Positions 31,114 to 41,357 of a stretch of DNA of 64,000 bases are shown here, one piece after another. Source of the DNA: Flavobacteriaceae bacterium (lineage in GTDB: Bacteria > Bacteroidota > Bacteroidia > Flavobacteriales > Flavobacteriaceae); the NCBI GenBank assembly GCA_947451475.1, contig CANFZC010000003.1, forward strand, positions 11,169-75,168, read 5' to 3'. The position numbers and the translations under genes were made by a program. The notes beneath the pieces are model-generated. The model saw nothing but the letters and a program-made list of their open reading frames with translations. It did not search any database and had not been told where the DNA came from. Position 1 is the first letter of the stretch, and every line of letters begins with the position of its first letter.

Positions 31114-32190
31114 ATGGGAAGCAAAAAAAATAAAATACTATTTATTCTTTTTCTCTACCATTTATTCATTACGGTATGCTCCTATCAATATGCCCTCAAT
31201 CACATGGGCGATTCTCATTTTTATTGGGGAGAAACCATAGATGTCCTTAAGCATTCATGGTTGGATTTTGCTCATTTTGGCAATGATACCTTGCTCTTTA
31301 TCAATTATCCATTGATTAAACTAGGAGTCCCTATTTTTATTGGTTTTCTGTTGTACAGCATCGTTGGTTTTTTCGGGATACTAAAAGCAATGCAATGGGC
31401 AGAACGGGTTACCCAAAACAAACTGCAATATAAGGGTGTTAATCTAATTTATTTGGTTTTCTTGCTTCCCAATCTTCATTTCTGGACCGCTACCCTCGGA
31501 AAAGAACCACTTGTGTTTTTTGGTCTTGCAGCCGTTTTCTATGCCTTGGCTTCAAATAAATATAAAACGGTTTCATTTGTGTTAGGAGCGTTCTTGCTGG
31601 TGCTTATTCGGCCTCATGTAGCTTTGATGCTCTTTATGACGGTAATCATTGTTTTCTTATTTCACAAGAAATGGAGTATTTCCCAAAAAGTAAAAATCGG
31701 TCTAGGCGCCCTAGCGTTTATGGCTTTATTATTTTATAGTACCCTTCAATTAGCCAAAATCTATTATTTCAATTGGAGTAGAATACAATATTATAACGAG
31801 TTTTCCATTCGGTCCTTTAAACATTCAGGTTCCTACGTTCCCATGCTGGATTATACTATACCACACAAACTAGAAGCATTTTTATTCCAACCCCTTTTTT
31901 TTGAAGCACATTCGCTCCTAAGTATGTTGGCCAGTTTTGAAAATGGTATCGTCCTCCTGATCCACCTACTAGCGCTATATATGATTAGCACAAGATTTTC
32001 CAAGATACAATGGCAAGATTGGATGAAAATAGCAGTACTATTTACCTTTATTGCAAGCCTGTTATATATTCAACGCTATGCTAATCTCGGGATTTTTATG
32101 CGAACCAAAATGCAATTCATTCCCTTTGAATTAATCGCTTTATTATATGTCATAAAACTAGGGCTAGCAAAATCTAATGCCACTAATTAA
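31114..32190 (+). CDS. Wzy-like / GT-C polytopic membrane protein (copy 2)
   Basis: PNLHFWTATLGKE, IRPH, FLFQPLFFE, ANLG...RTK; same motif order as copy 1. Confidence 0.55.
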   Translation: MGSKKNKILFILFLYHLFITVCSYQYALNHMGDSHFYWGETIDVLKHSWLDFAHFGNDTLLFINYPLIKLGVPIFIGFLLYSIVGFFGILKAMQWAERVTQNKLQYKGVNLIYLVFLLPNLHFWTATLGKEPLVFFGLAAVFYALASNKYKTVSFVLGAFLLVLIRPHVALMLFMTVIIVFLFHKKWSISQKVKIGLGALAFMALLFYSTLQLAKIYYFNWSRIQYYNEFSIRSFKHSGSYVPMLDYTIPHKLEAFLFQPLFFEAHSLLSMLASFENGIVLLIHLLALYMISTRFSKIQWQDWMKIAVLFTFIASLLYIQRYANLGIFMRTKMQFIPFELIALLYVIKLGLAKSNATN

Positions 32191-33342
32191 ATGGAAAAGC
32201 AAAAATTAATACGAATCACTACGGTTCCGCTATCATTAGATAAATTATTGTCCGGACAATTGCGCTTCATGAGTGCGCACTATGAAGTTATAGCCGTAGC
32301 TGCAGAAAAAGAATATCTGGAGAAAATTGGAGCAAAAGAAGAGGTTCGAACGTTTCATCTAGAGATGTCGCGTAAAATTACGCCAATAGCCGATTTGCTT
32401 GCCGTCATCCGTTTGTATTTCTTTTTAAGAAATGAAAAGCCCTTCATAGTACATTCGCATACGCCCAAAGCGGGTATTGTAGGGATGTTAGCAGCAAAAT
32501 GGGCGGGTGTTCCCCATAGACTTCATACCGTGGCAGGCTTGCCATTGCTAGAAGCAAAAGGGTTTAAAAGAAAACTGCTAGAGTTTGTCGAAAAAGTAAC
32601 CTATGCCTGTGCCACGAAAGTATACCCCAATTCAACGGGGTTGAAAAATATTATTATTGAAAATAAGTACTGCGCTCTAGCAAAGTTAAATGTAATTGCA
32701 CAAGGAAGTAGTAACGGAATTGACACTACTTTTTTTAATCCTGATTTGTTTTCGATAGAGCAAAACCTACTCTTAAAAGAAAAGTGCAGACTTACTGAGG
32801 AACACTTTGTTTTCATATTTGTAGGCAGGCTAGTGAAAGATAAAGGGATTAACGAAATGGTAGAAGCGTTCCAAACCGTTCATAAAACGCATAACCAGAC
32901 GAGGTTGTTACTAGTAGGAGACTATGAAGCAGATCTGGACCCGCTTTCTCCCAAAACATTGGAAGCCATTGAAAATAATGAAGCCATAGTCGCGGTCGGA
33001 TTCCAAAACGACGTCCGACCTTATTTTGCCATCGCCAATGCATTGATTTTTCCAAGTTACAGAGAAGGATTTCCTAACGTGGTGATGCAAGCTGGGGCTA
33101 TGAATTTGCCTTGCATAGTGTCTGATATCAATGGGTGTAACGAAATTATACAGGAAGACGTTAACGGAACCATAATTCCCGTTAAAAATACCGACGCGAT
33201 TGTAGATAAAATGCAATTACTTGTGAAGAATACGAACCACTATTCAGTACTTCAATCCAACGCACGAAAAATGATTCTATCGCGTTACGATCAAAAAGTG
33301 GTTTGGGAAGCCATACTGTATGAGTATCATTTATTAAAATAA
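32191..33342 (+). CDS. Glycosyltransferase family 4 (CapM-like)
   Basis: HSHTPKAG, GSSNGID, FVGRLVKDKG, PSYREGFPNVVMQA. Confidence 0.92.
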   Translation: MEKQKLIRITTVPLSLDKLLSGQLRFMSAHYEVIAVAAEKEYLEKIGAKEEVRTFHLEMSRKITPIADLLAVIRLYFFLRNEKPFIVHSHTPKAGIVGMLAAKWAGVPHRLHTVAGLPLLEAKGFKRKLLEFVEKVTYACATKVYPNSTGLKNIIIENKYCALAKLNVIAQGSSNGIDTTFFNPDLFSIEQNLLLKEKCRLTEEHFVFIFVGRLVKDKGINEMVEAFQTVHKTHNQTRLLLVGDYEADLDPLSPKTLEAIENNEAIVAVGFQNDVRPYFAIANALIFPSYREGFPNVVMQAGAMNLPCIVSDINGCNEIIQEDVNGTIIPVKNTDAIVDKMQLLVKNTNHYSVLQSNARKMILSRYDQKVVWEAILYEYHLLK

Positions 33343-33500
33343 AAAGCTAAAAGGATTCCCTTCATTAGCACCTTAAATTATTTTTTTTATCCTTTTTTAA
33401 GATTTACCTTAAATCAAATACGTTAAACATCGACTAACTGCATTTCAACTATACAAAAATGCTATTCAAACATATAAATCAGCATTTTATCTTAAAAAAA

Positions 33501-33532
33501 TTTGCTTAACAAAAAAGCAATCGCTTACTTTG
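33501..33532 (+). promoter_or_regulatory. Candidate -33/-7 promoter of the 2286-aa gene
   Basis: TTTG (33501) + 20 nt + TTACTTTG (one mismatch to TAnnTTTG). Confidence 0.4.
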
Positions 33533-33678
33533 CCTACATAATTAACATTTTTTTTACTACACTCTGTGTGTAGTTTTAATTTGTTTTTTTTAAAATGACT
33601 ATGCCACATTGGTAAGGGTCATTTTTGTATTGACCAAAATTAAATAGCTCACAAATCTATAATTATAAATTGCTAAGT

Positions 33679-36600
33679 ATGAAAAGATTATTACTCAATT
33701 CAAAAACATTTACTAACACGCTTAGTTTGTTTGAACCTAAAGAAAAAGCAAGTTTTTTTTCAAAGAAGATACTATTTTCTTTAATTTTTGCGTTTTATGC
33801 TATCGGTCTACAAGCTGCTACCATTACTAGTACCGCAACTGGAGGTGCATGGGCAACCGGTTCAACTTGGATTGGCGGTGTGGCGCCTGCAACAGGGGAT
33901 ACCGTTATTATTGCAACCACAGGAGCAGGTTCAGTTAATATTGCAGCCAATCTTACACAAACAGCAGCTGGCTCAGTAACGATTAATAATGGTGCAGTTT
34001 TAACGACAAATACAACAGGAGTTACCGTAACTTTTGGATCCTTAACGATAGCAAGTGGAGGAACTGTTACACTTAGAAGAACTACAACAATATTAGGTGC
34101 TACCAATATCACAGGTAGAATTAATTTTGGGTCTACAAGTGCTTCTGTCCGTACTATTACTTTTACGGGTGCTGTAACGCTTAATGCAGGAGCAGTTTGG
34201 GATGAAACCAATGGAGGTACCAGTACCGTGGCTAATACCTATGTTTTTAGTAATAATTTAACTAATAATGCTACTACTTTTACTCCGGTAACCGCTAGTC
34301 CTCATAATTTTAATGGTGCAGGTACTCTTTCTGGAACTACCACGACAGCTATGCCAAATGTAACCTTTACGGCAGCTTACACGAATAATGGAATTTTAAC
34401 TTCTTCAACTTTACTAACCGTAACTGGGGTTACCTTAACCAATAACGGTACCATTACTGCTACTGCGGCGCTGTCTGGTTCTGGTGGTGTGACACAAGGA
34501 ACTACAGGTATTTTAAATATAGCTGGAGCCTCGACGATTACAACACTAACTGCAACAGCAGCGGGTAATACGGTTAATTATACGGGTGCGGCACAAAACA
34601 TCCATACCGGTAATTATAGTAACTTAAATTTTTCCGGAAGTGGAGCCAAAACGTTGGCAACGGGTACGAATACCATCGGTGCACTTTCATTAAGTGGCAC
34701 AGCTACGACTACTACCGTTATTAATCTTACCATTACAAACAACCTTACCATCAATACCGGGACTACTTTTACCACAGGTACTGCTTTTACACTTACTGTA
34801 GGAGGCGCAACCAATGTGACGGGTTCATTAGTATTAGCAAGCACAGGGACTAAAACCTTTACGGGTGATGTGACATTAAATACCGGAGGGGTTTGGAATG
34901 AAACGGGAGTTGCCACTATTAATTATGGAGGTGCCTTGACCAATAATGCTACTACATTTACAGCCAATACAGGAGGACATAATTTTACAGGAGCGTCTAA
35001 AATAATCAGTGGAGGTACTACAACTTCTATACCGACAGCTACTTTTACAGGAGCCTACACAGTGAATAGTGTGTTTACTTCAGCTACGTTATTAACAATT
35101 ACAGGGGTAACGGTAACCAATAATTCAACCATGACCGCTGCGACTTCGTTAGCAGGTACTGGTACTTTAACACAAGGGGCAACAGCACTTTTGAACATAG
35201 GAGGAGCAATAAGTCTTACGACCCTTAATGCATCTGCAGCAGGAAATACGGTAAACTATACAGGAGCAACGCAAACAGCTCGTGTGACAACCTACAGCAA
35301 TCTTACTTTATCAGGGACTTTAGCAAAAACATTTGCTACTGCGCCAACAGTGAACGCGGTATTATCGATGGAAGGTACGGCTACTATTTCAATAGCGCCA
35401 ACCTACGGAACCAGCGCAACGTTACAATACAACACCGCTTCTGCAAGAACGGCTGGAGTAGAATGGATTACACCTTTTGTAGCAACAGGCGGAATTATCA
35501 TTAAAAATACAGGAGCCATAACGACACCTGGAGTAGTACAAATAGGTAATAATACAAACGTACCTTTAAATATTAATGCTGGGGCTACGTTAACCCCTGG
35601 CGCTAATTTGATTACCTTCCATGGTGACTTTATCAATGCAGGTACCCTAACTAGTGGTTCTGGAGGGGTAACAATCGGTGGAACGGTAACGCCGCAAGCT
35701 ATTGCAGGTTTTACCACTACAGGAACGGTAACCTTAGCCAAAACGGCGGGAACAGCAACATTAGGGGCTAACGTAAATGGAGGACCCCTTACCATTAATG
35801 GTGCAGGAGGTACATTAAATTTAGGAGTAGGATTTACCCATACTTTTACGGGTATTGTGACCTTAACCGCAGGAACATTAAATGGAGGTAGTAGTACCTT
35901 AAATGAAAATGCAGTAAGTGCCACAGCATGGACCGGTACTGGTAGTGCGTTTGTTCCTGCAACAAGTACCGTTAATTTTGGTGCCGCTGGGAATCAAACC
36001 ATAGCAGCCAATTCCTCTTTTTATAATCTTGCGTTATCCAATTCAGGAACAAAAACCTTCAGTAATGCAACCACGATAAACAATAACCTTGCTATGAGTG
36101 GTACAGCAGTGGCCAATTTAGGAACGGGCTTAACGCATACAGCAGTATCACTTTCTTTTAACGGAGCTGCTCAGGTAATTGGTACATGGGGATCTACAGG
36201 ATCAACAGCCTTAAATAAAAATGCTACTTGGTTCGGTACTACGGCAACAGGAACAATAAATATTAGTTGTGTATCACCATCCGCACCAACCAGTGGAGGA
36301 AATCAAACGATATGCGCAGGAGCAACAATTCCAGCGTTAACCGCTTCCGTTGGAATAGGTCAAGTGGTGGATTGGTACAATCAATCCAGCGGAGGAACGC
36401 TTTTAGCTTCAGGAACAACTTCTTATACTCCGTCAGGGGCAGGAACCTTTTTTGCTGAGACTCGTGTATCAGCAACAGGTTGTTTAAGCGCAACCAGAAC
36501 GGGAGTAACACTTACCGTTAATCCTTTGCCAACAGTCTTGTCATTGACCGGAAGTACTATATGTGCCAGCCCAGGAGGAAACGGGACTATTGCATCAACT

Positions 36601-39600
36601 ACGTCTGCTGTTGGGGTAAATTACCAATTATACAATTCAAGTAACGTAGCTGTTCAAACAGCAAAAGCAGGAACGGGTAGCGCCCTAACTTGGTCAACTT
36701 TGGCAGCAGGTACAGGCTACTATGTTATAGGAACGATAGCATCTACGGGTTGTCCTTCTACAAGTGCTACTGTTAATGTGGCGACCAATGCCAATCCAAC
36801 GGCACTAGTGTTAACAGGAAGTACCATTTGTACAACTCCTGGAGGAGATGGAACGATTACGTCTTCAACTTCACAAACCGGAGTGGATTATCAATTATAC
36901 AATTCAAGTAATGTAGCGGTACAAGCTACTCAGCCGGGTACAGGAAGTACTTTAACTTGGGATACTTTAACTGCGGGTACAGGATATTATGTAAAAGGGG
37001 TTAACGCAACTACAGGTTGTATTTCTAGCAATAGTAATGCAGTAAATGTGGCTAACTATACTAATCCAATTGCTTTAGTAGTAACTGGAAGTACCATCTG
37101 TGCTAGTCCAGGCGGCAACGGTACCATCACTTCAACGACTTCGGTGGTGGGTGTAGATTATCAATTAAATGATAACTTAGGTAACGATGTTGGAGCTGCG
37201 ATTCCTGGAACAGGTGCTGCGTTAATTTTTACTGGACTTGCTGCAGGAACCGGTTACTATGTAGACGGAACAAATACAACGACAGGTTGTATCAGCGTTG
37301 CAAGTAATGCAGTTGATATTTTAACAAATGCTAATCCATCAAATAAAACGATTACCGTTTCTTTAGCTAGCGTTTGTTCGGGTACCGGAGCCAATGTGAT
37401 CGTAGCAGGTTCATTAGCATCAGAGACCTATCAGCTAAGAAATAATACAGGGAATATAAATATCGGTAGCCCAGTAACAGGAAATGGAGCCTCATTAAAT
37501 TTACCTACGGGTAACTTATCAACCGCTACTACGTTCAATGTTCTTGTGACAACAACAGCAACGGGTTGTACTTCAGTAATGACTACGACACCTACTATTA
37601 CAATAACACCAAACAATACAGCAGGTGCTGCTTCGTCTACACCAACATTATGTATCAATACAGCTTTAACGGCTATTACACATACGACTACAGGTGCTAC
37701 GGGAATTGGAACAGCTACTGGCTTACCAGCAGGAGTAACTGCTGCATGGGCTTCAAATACGATTACCATTTCGGGTACACCAACAGTGGCAGGAACATTC
37801 AACTATAGTATTCCATTAACTGGTGGCTGTGGTACAGTAAATGCTACAGGAACAATTATTGTTACACCAAATAATACAGCAGGTACTGCTTCATCTTCAC
37901 CAACATTGTGTATCAATACAGCTTTAACAGCTATTACTCATACGACTACAGGTGCTACGGGAATTGGAACAGCTACTGGTTTACCAGCAGGAGTAACTGC
38001 TGCATGGGCTAGTAACACGATTACTATTTCGGGTACGCCAACAGTAGCAGGAACGTTTACTTATACTATTCCGCTAACAGGTGGATGTGGAACAGTAAAT
38101 GCTACTGGAACGATTATCGTTGATCCTGCATCAGTAGGAGGTAGTGTGGCAGCAGCGCAAACCATATGTTATGGTACAGAACCAGCCGATATCACAGTAA
38201 CAGGCTATACAGGTTCGGTTATAAAATGGCAAAGCGCTAGTGATGCTGCATTTACAACGCCAATAGACATACTGTTTACTTCAGATACGCTTGACGGACT
38301 AACCATTGGCGCGTTAACTGCGGATACTTATTTCAGAGCAGTGGTACAAAGCGGTACTTGCGCTTCAGCCAATTCTGTTGCCGTTTTAATTACAGTAGAC
38401 GCGCTCTCTGTAGGGGGTACTGTTTCTGCTGACCAAACCATTTGTTCAGGAACACAACCGGCCGCTGTAACAGTGTCGGGTCATACGGGTTCTGTAATTA
38501 AGTGGGAAACGTCTATAGACGCTGCTTTTACATCACCAACAGATATTTTTGTAACAACTACAACGCTACCAGGTACTACTATTGGAACCTTAACACAAGA
38601 TACCTACATTAGAGCAGTAGTTCAAAATGGTTCATGTGGTACCGCAGAATCTTCAGCAGTATTAATTACCGTAAACGATCCTTCAGTTGGAGGTTCGATT
38701 GGTGGTTCTACTGCCGTATGTGCTGGATCAACAAGCGGATTATTAACATTATCAGGTTATACAGGTTCAATTCTACGTTGGGAATACGCAGTGGCTCCAT
38801 TTACAACTTGGACTAACATTGTAAATACAACCAATACGTATACCTCTGGAACTTTAACGCAAACTACGCAGTTTAGAGCAGTGGTGCAAAATGGTTCATG
38901 TGCTTCAACAACTTCGGCAGTAGCAACCATTACGATTGGTTCTACGACTTGGTCAATTACTTCTTGGAGCAATGGAACTCCCGATGCTACCAAAGCAGCT
39001 ATTATATCCGATTCATTTATTTCAACAGGTAGTTTTAATGCTTGTTCACTAACTGTAAATAACGGCGCTTCAGTGGTAATCTCTTCTGGGGATACCGTTA
39101 ATTTAAGTGGGCCAATTACAATTTTACCAGGTTGTTTTGTGGTGTTCAATAATAATGCTAACTTAATTCAAAGCGGTACAACCAATGCCAATACGGGTAA
39201 TTTAGTCATTAAACGTAACAGTTCAGCATTGAAAAGACAAGATTATACCATTTGGTCTACGCCGGTTTCCAATCAACAATTGGCAGCCTTTTCACCACAA
39301 ACATTAACCAATCGTTTCTATACCTATAATACAAATACCAATTTATATGATCAGGTGGCTACGCCTTCAGCAACGATTTTTAATACCGCACAAGGTTATT
39401 TAATTAGAATGCCAAACAACCATCCTACAACGGCTACGATTTGGACCGGTCAGTTTGTTGGGGTACCTAATAATGGTAATTATAGCTATACCTTAGTAAA
39501 TGGTGGCGCAGGACAGCGTTTCAACCTAGTGGGTAATCCTTATCCATCACCAATAGATGCAACCGCGTTCATCGGAGATACGAATAATAATTCAACCATT

Positions 39601-40530
39601 ACCGGTACTTTATATTTCTGGAGAAAAACAAATAATGCGTTGAGCCCAACCTATTGTACATGGAACTTAGGAGGTTTTGTAAGTAACGGAGAAGCACAAG
39701 TGTTTAATCCAAATGATGTAATCCAAACAGGTCAAGGGTTCTTCGTGGAAGGTACAGGAAATGGTACTGTAAACTTTACTAATAGTATGCGTATTGACAA
39801 TCATGCCAATCAGTTTTTCAAATCGTCAAACGCCAACGCTACGGCTACAACTACTATTGAAAGAAATAGAATTTGGTTAAATGCTACCAATGATGCTGGA
39901 TTGTTCTCGCAAACCATGGTAGGATACATGACCAATGCGACACTAGGTGTTGATAGTACACTCGACGGAAAATACATCAACGATGGTGATATTGCGTTAA
40001 CGTCGTTAATTGATACTACGCCTTATGCAATTCAAGCTAGAGCCTTACCGTTCGATCCAACAGATATAGTACCAATGCAATTTAAAGCAGCTACTGCGGG
40101 TCAATACACTATTGCTATTGATCATGTAGATGGTTTGTTTACAGCCAATCAAGATGTTTATTTGAGAGACAACCTTACCGGAGCGATTACAAACCTAAAT
40201 ACCGCTAGTTATTCTTTCGCTACAGAAAGCGGAACGTTTGCTTCTCGTTTCGAAATTCTGTACCAAATGCCTCTTGGATATGTACATCCAGTATTCACTA
40301 GCAATCAAGTAATTGTATATAAAAACAATACTGATGAGATTGTAGTTAATGCAGGTAATGTGGAAATGAATACCGTAAAAGTATTTGATGTTAGAGGCCG
40401 ACTGCTAGAAGTTAAAAGTGCAATAAACGCTTCTCAAACAACGCTTAAAGGCGGCACAGCCAACGAAGTGCTTTTAGTACAAGTTACCGCTCAAGACGGA
40501 AGCACCGTAACCAAAAAAGTTATTCGATAA
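33679..40530 (+). CDS. Large T9SS-secreted adhesin-like protein (beta-helix-like head, Ig-like stalk, ChiA-type/type C CTD)
   Basis: Signal peptide ending IGLQA; Thr/Gly/Asn-rich head; Cys-containing Ig repeats; C-terminal DYTIWSTPV...NLVGNPYPS...[11 protein letters not shown]...VTKKVIR. ATG 33679 preferred over TTG 33670. Confidence 0.88.
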   Translation: MKRLLLNSKTFTNTLSLFEPKEKASFFSKKILFSLIFAFYAIGLQAATITSTATGGAWATGSTWIGGVAPATGDTVIIATTGAGSVNIAANLTQTAAGSVTINNGAVLTTNTTGVTVTFGSLTIASGGTVTLRRTTTILGATNITGRINFGSTSASVRTITFTGAVTLNAGAVWDETNGGTSTVANTYVFSNNLTNNATTFTPVTASPHNFNGAGTLSGTTTTAMPNVTFTAAYTNNGILTSSTLLTVTGVTLTNNGTITATAALSGSGGVTQGTTGILNIAGASTITTLTATAAGNTVNYTGAAQNIHTGNYSNLNFSGSGAKTLATGTNTIGALSLSGTATTTTVINLTITNNLTINTGTTFTTGTAFTLTVGGATNVTGSLVLASTGTKTFTGDVTLNTGGVWNETGVATINYGGALTNNATTFTANTGGHNFTGASKIISGGTTTSIPTATFTGAYTVNSVFTSATLLTITGVTVTNNSTMTAATSLAGTGTLTQGATALLNIGGAISLTTLNASAAGNTVNYTGATQTARVTTYSNLTLSGTLAKTFATAPTVNAVLSMEGTATISIAPTYGTSATLQYNTASARTAGVEWITPFVATGGIIIKNTGAITTPGVVQIGNNTNVPLNINAGATLTPGANLITFHGDFINAGTLTSGSGGVTIGGTVTPQAIAGFTTTGTVTLAKTAGTATLGANVNGGPLTINGAGGTLNLGVGFTHTFTGIVTLTAGTLNGGSSTLNENAVSATAWTGTGSAFVPATSTVNFGAAGNQTIAANSSFYNLALSNSGTKTFSNATTINNNLAMSGTAVANLGTGLTHTAVSLSFNGAAQVIGTWGSTGSTALNKNATWFGTTATGTINISCVSPSAPTSGGNQTICAGATIPALTASVGIGQVVDWYNQSSGGTLLASGTTSYTPSGAGTFFAETRVSATGCLSATRTGVTLTVNPLPTVLSLTGSTICASPGGNGTIASTTSAVGVNYQLYNSSNVAVQTAKAGTGSALTWSTLAAGTGYYVIGTIASTGCPSTSATVNVATNANPTALVLTGSTICTTPGGDGTITSSTSQTGVDYQLYNSSNVAVQATQPGTGSTLTWDTLTAGTGYYVKGVNATTGCISSNSNAVNVANYTNPIALVVTGSTICASPGGNGTITSTTSVVGVDYQLNDNLGNDVGAAIPGTGAALIFTGLAAGTGYYVDGTNTTTGCISVASNAVDILTNANPSNKTITVSLASVCSGTGANVIVAGSLASETYQLRNNTGNINIGSPVTGNGASLNLPTGNLSTATTFNVLVTTTATGCTSVMTTTPTITITPNNTAGAASSTPTLCINTALTAITHTTTGATGIGTATGLPAGVTAAWASNTITISGTPTVAGTFNYSIPLTGGCGTVNATGTIIVTPNNTAGTASSSPTLCINTALTAITHTTTGATGIGTATGLPAGVTAAWASNTITISGTPTVAGTFTYTIPLTGGCGTVNATGTIIVDPASVGGSVAAAQTICYGTEPADITVTGYTGSVIKWQSASDAAFTTPIDILFTSDTLDGLTIGALTADTYFRAVVQSGTCASANSVAVLITVDALSVGGTVSADQTICSGTQPAAVTVSGHTGSVIKWETSIDAAFTSPTDIFVTTTTLPGTTIGTLTQDTYIRAVVQNGSCGTAESSAVLITVNDPSVGGSIGGSTAVCAGSTSGLLTLSGYTGSILRWEYAVAPFTTWTNIVNTTNTYTSGTLTQTTQFRAVVQNGSCASTTSAVATITIGSTTWSITSWSNGTPDATKAAIISDSFISTGSFNACSLTVNNGASVVISSGDTVNLSGPITILPGCFVVFNNNANLIQSGTTNANTGNLVIKRNSSALKRQDYTIWSTPVSNQQLAAFSPQTLTNRFYTYNTNTNLYDQVATPSATIFNTAQGYLIRMPNNHPTTATIWTGQFVGVPNNGNYSYTLVNGGAGQRFNLVGNPYPSPIDATAFIGDTNNNSTITGTLYFWRKTNNALSPTYCTWNLGGFVSNGEAQVFNPNDVIQTGQGFFVEGTGNGTVNFTNSMRIDNHANQFFKSSNANATATTTIERNRIWLNATNDAGLFSQTMVGYMTNATLGVDSTLDGKYINDGDIALTSLIDTTPYAIQARALPFDPTDIVPMQFKAATAGQYTIAIDHVDGLFTANQDVYLRDNLTGAITNLNTASYSFATESGTFASRFEILYQMPLGYVHPVFTSNQVIVYKNNTDEIVVNAGNVEMNTVKVFDVRGRLLEVKSAINASQTTLKGGTANEVLLVQVTAQDGSTVTKKVIR
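34153..35340 (+). repeat. Diverged internal duplication (offset 696 bp) in the head region
   Basis: TFTG.VTLN.G.VW.ET...LTNNATTFT...[12 protein letters not shown]...YSNL..SG..AKT occurs twice. Confidence 0.8.
37606..38121 (+). repeat. Tandem 258-bp (86-aa) duplication
   Basis: Units 37606-37863 and 37864-38121; 82/86 aa identical by manual comparison. Confidence 0.95.
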
Positions 40531-40552
40531 GCAACCCGTATTCTTCCAATAG

Positions 40553-40590
40553 AAAAGCCCGAATAGAATCATCTATTCGGGCTTTTTTTT
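40553..40590. terminator. Rho-independent terminator
   Basis: 15-bp stem AAAAGCCCGAATAGA/TCTATTCGGGCTTTT plus T tract. Confidence 0.92.
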
Positions 40591-40861
40591 GCAACAGGAT
40601 TATCGATAGAAGCAATAAAAGTATAGCTAGGCCCATTTCATTTCGTAAAAGGGTTAAAGAAGCTAATAGTAAAAGAAATAGCATTCGCGCTGTAGTAAGC
40701 GGGATACTGCAAATTCTTATAAAGGCTCATTTTCTTACTGTGTAGCTTTTAAGCAACACTAAAATTCACCTACAATTCTTCAGTATTCTTACAAATAATT
40801 CTTAGCATTTATAATCGCTTTTCCCTACTGAATACGCTGGTTTCTCCAGTGTTGTAGGGTA

Positions 40862-40956
40862 CTTGTCTCATAGTTACTCCATAGTTACTTCATGGTTACT
40901 CCATAGTTACTCCATAGATACCGCAGGGATAAGCTTGGGATAAGCGCAGGGTAAGG
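40862..40956. repeat. Intergenic 11-bp-period tandem array
   Basis: GTTACTCCATA, GTTACTTCATG, GTTACTCCATA, GTTACTCCATA, GATACCGCAGG, GATAAGCTTGG, GATAAGCGCAGG from 40873. Confidence 0.85.
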
Positions 40957-41207
40957 ATGTGGAACCCTTGTAAACACTAGGATGCAGTAAAGTAATCTTT
41001 GTGGTCTAGTAGTAGTAATCTTCAATGAGCCTCTTTTTTTCTTACAATTTAAGGGTAGAACGTGCGATGTTATAAACCAAGTCTGATCTAAGTTGCAATG
41101 CTGCCAAAGTCAACTTGTACCTTCCTTCTGTAAGGCGCACTATAGAAAACACTATGACGAATGGAAAGTTGTACTGGCCGAGCCGCTTGGACTTAGTACA
41201 ATAACAC

Positions 41208-41240
41208 AAAAAAAAGGAGCAGTTTTTACTACTGCTCCTT
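41208..41240 (-). terminator. Terminator of the minus-strand operon
   Basis: Stem AAGGAGCAGT/ACTGCTCCTT with an A8 run on the left (U tract on minus). Confidence 0.8.
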
Positions 41241-41357
41241 GTGCTTTTAATTGGGCGGACCTCTATAGAGTATTTCTCTATGTAAATCCTATAGAATAGA
41301 GAACCACGCTATTTAATACCCAAATAAAAGAGTAGTAAAGTCACGTGAATAAGTAAA

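Noticed and set aside
3350-33216. Short ORFs overlapping housekeeping and EPS genes (e.g. 3962-4228, 5903-6175, 23981-24361, 24407-24868, 32911-33216)
   Set aside because: Fully nested in well-supported genes, with no recognisable motifs.
40862-40956. CRISPR array or tRNA interpretation of the intergenic repeats
   Set aside because: Units are 11 bp and contiguous with no spacers; no cas genes; no cloverleaf.
41093-41299. 68-aa ORF in the convergent intergenic gap
   Set aside because: TTG start, crosses a terminator hairpin, no promoter box or protein motif.
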